Shown piece after piece: positions 61,801 through 64,000 of a DNA stretch of 64,000 nt; positions within the stretch are counted from its first letter, which is position 1, and each line of letters begins with the position of its first letter. The stretch is from the human T2T-CHM13v2.0 reference genome, Homo sapiens. The stretch lies in NCBI RefSeq assembly GCF_009914755.1, contig NC_060925.1; one strand, written 5' to 3'. Both the position numbers and the translations under genes were made by a program. The notes beneath the pieces are model-generated. The model made no database searches and was not told the origin of the DNA. It saw nothing but the letters and a program-made list of their open reading frames with translations.

Positions 61801-64000
61801 CTTTGCTTCAAGTTGTCCCGCCTTTCCAGACCGAACCAATGTACTTCTTACATACATTGATTGATGTCTCATGTCTCCCTAGAATGTACAAAACCAAGCT
61901 GTGCCCCAAACACCTTGGTCACATGTCATAAAGACTTCCTGAGGCTATGCCAGGGGCACGTGTCCTCAACCTTGGCAAAATAAACTTTCTAAATTTACTG
62001 AGACCTGTCTCAAATTTTCGGAGTTCACAGTGGGCAAGACTAGATTTACTTTTGTGTTGAGCAGATACTGAGCTTGACTGATGAGAATCTGGAGTGTGAG
62101 GTCTGACGGAGTAACTCTGAGAGAGGAAGCTACCTGTGTGGTCTCAGGGAGAAGATCTGAGACTTACCAAGAAAAAGTGACCTGAAAGAACTGGCTGACT
62201 TCAGGCCCTTGACCAGTGCCTAGACCCTCTTTCTGCAGCTCCAGATCATAGCCATCATGCTGGCAGCCTCCCTGCCGCTCATCCAGGCACCTTAAAGAAG
62301 GGCTTCCTCTTCCCAAGCCTCTGGGTGGGCTTTCTAAAGCCCTGTGTGCATGAAGAGGTGGCTTGTAGCCCTTTGCAGCAGCAGGGCTTACATGAGGCTG
62401 GGATATGAAAAGCTGGCATTACAATGCAGCTTGTGCCTTGCATTCACTCCCCACTTCATCAAGCCAAGTTTCTAAATAACAGGGATAGTAACTGCCCACT
62501 GTGGCCCAATGTCACTTCTAAAGTTGCTTGGCAAAAAGCCACATGACTATTACTTAGCTCTCCACAGAACGGCATGTACCAAGTCGGATCACTGCTGTCG
62601 GTGTGTGGGTGGATTAGCTGCTATTGAACATGATAGGGCGGGCCCCTTTCCAGTTTGCACCAGCCCCGCTCTGTGCCTACTCCATGTATCATAGAGCCTC
62701 CTCTCTCTGTGCAGTTGAACTTGATCAGATGAGATGGCAAAAGCCAGAGCAGGGAGCAAGGCAAAAGAGAAAAATATGTTCACGGTGACTTTTGAAAACA
62801 TATGGATGAAACTCCTGAGGAGGCTGAGGAACTAAACCTTTTCTTTTGGCAGTAGGCACAGAGTGCAGATTCATCTCTCTGTGAATTACTCTAGCTCCTG
62901 CTGTGTGAGTTCTATTTTAGCCCAGTAATGCAAAAAGAAAGAAAAACTAAGTTCTGACAAGCACTTACATTTCTTGAATTTTTGTTGAAGGTCCCAGAGG
63001 TCATTGTAAGCAGCCTGAACAGGTAGTTAGGGCTCCTGGATTCTAGTCTCAGCTTGGCTACTAATTTACCGTGTGACGTTAGGCAAATTACTATTCTGAG
63101 CTTTAGTCATCTTATCTTTAAAATGAAGGGTTTATTCTTTAGAGGAAGCTGAGTGAATGGCATACGGGAACACTCTGTACTATTTTTATAACTTTGCTAT
63201 AAGTCTAAAATTATTTTTAAATAAATGGTTTTCTTAAAAAGTGAAAGGATTATGTAGATTATCTTCAAGATCCTCTCTACCTCTGAATAATGATTTTATG
63301 TTCTTACTTATCTTCCTTCAGGTGAAAGTAAGTCTCTTTCCAGCTATCCAAACATATAACAGAGTGGAATTTTTCCTCACTCCTTCTGCCCCAGGCAAGA
63401 TGTTGATCAGCCCCAACACAAACCTGTTTTCTGCTTTAAACATATCCTATACCTAGGGCAAAATTTAAATTATCTAAAACACATTTAAAAACACCCCATC
63501 CATACCCACTTTGTTCTTTCAAACAAGTAAATTCACCCAGCAGGGAAAAGCTGTTGCTGGCAGTCCATGCCTACAGAATCTCAGCCTTGCCCTAGCAACG
63601 AGGCTAATTATAACTCCGGCTACCTGGTAACCGCACTAGATTTCCCTGCATTGGCTGGCAGTTCTAAAGCCATCTCAGCTCTGCCTGCCACCTCCCATCC
63701 TGAGAAGCTGTCAGAGAAGCTGAGAAACTATGAGTCTCTTTTAAGCAACTATCTAAGCTGTGGTGAGAACACCCATGTATCATAGAGCTTCCTTTCTCTG
63801 CGCCCAGAGAAAGGCTGCCCAGAATCACAGGACTTCAGAACTGGGAGGGATGTGTGCGTCAATCCTGGTCCAGCCCACTCATTTAAACACAAAGAACCAG
63901 AAGCCCAGAAAAAGTGACTTGCCTTAGCCTGGCCTTCCTCTTGATTCCTTTCCCTCAATTCTCCCGTCCTGATCAATCATCAAGTCCTACAAATATTTTA

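Noticed and set aside
62460-62925. MEF2-like sites (CTAAATAAC, TCTATTTTAG) suggesting a muscle enhancer
   Set aside because: Neither matches the 10-bp CTA(A/T)4TAG consensus, and such AT-rich near-matches are common by chance.

Overview
This is primate, almost certainly human, genomic DNA, roughly half interspersed repeats, with no complete protein-coding gene. It reads as a segmental-duplication mosaic of three blocks. (1) 1-7.5 kb: degraded class I ERV sequence with Alus. (2) About 8.1-27.7 kb: a copy of the PARP8 5' end on the + strand, with CpG-island promoter, the first two coding exons (open frame, canonical splice sites) and the start of the next intron, but none of the later exons. 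(3) About 28.5-64 kb: a copy of PDE4DIP (myomegalin) 5' sequence on the - strand, with three intact coding exons and a long repeat-filled intron. From memory this layout fits the chromosome 1 (1q21/1p11) LINC00623/LINC00869/LINC01138-type loci; I cannot tell which paralogue. The most notable structure is that the PARP8 block is bracketed by two young, outward-facing L1PA 3' ends, neither with a target-site duplication (TSD), suggesting L1 cDNA-bridged capture of a promoter-containing DNA fragment. The captured promoter points into the PDE4DIP exons (sense/antisense overlap), retains a 47-codon microprotein ORF, and has a 13-proline uORF whose (CCT)n codons double as a splice-acceptor polypyrimidine tract. 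All family and gene assignments come from recalled consensus or protein sequences; no searches were run.
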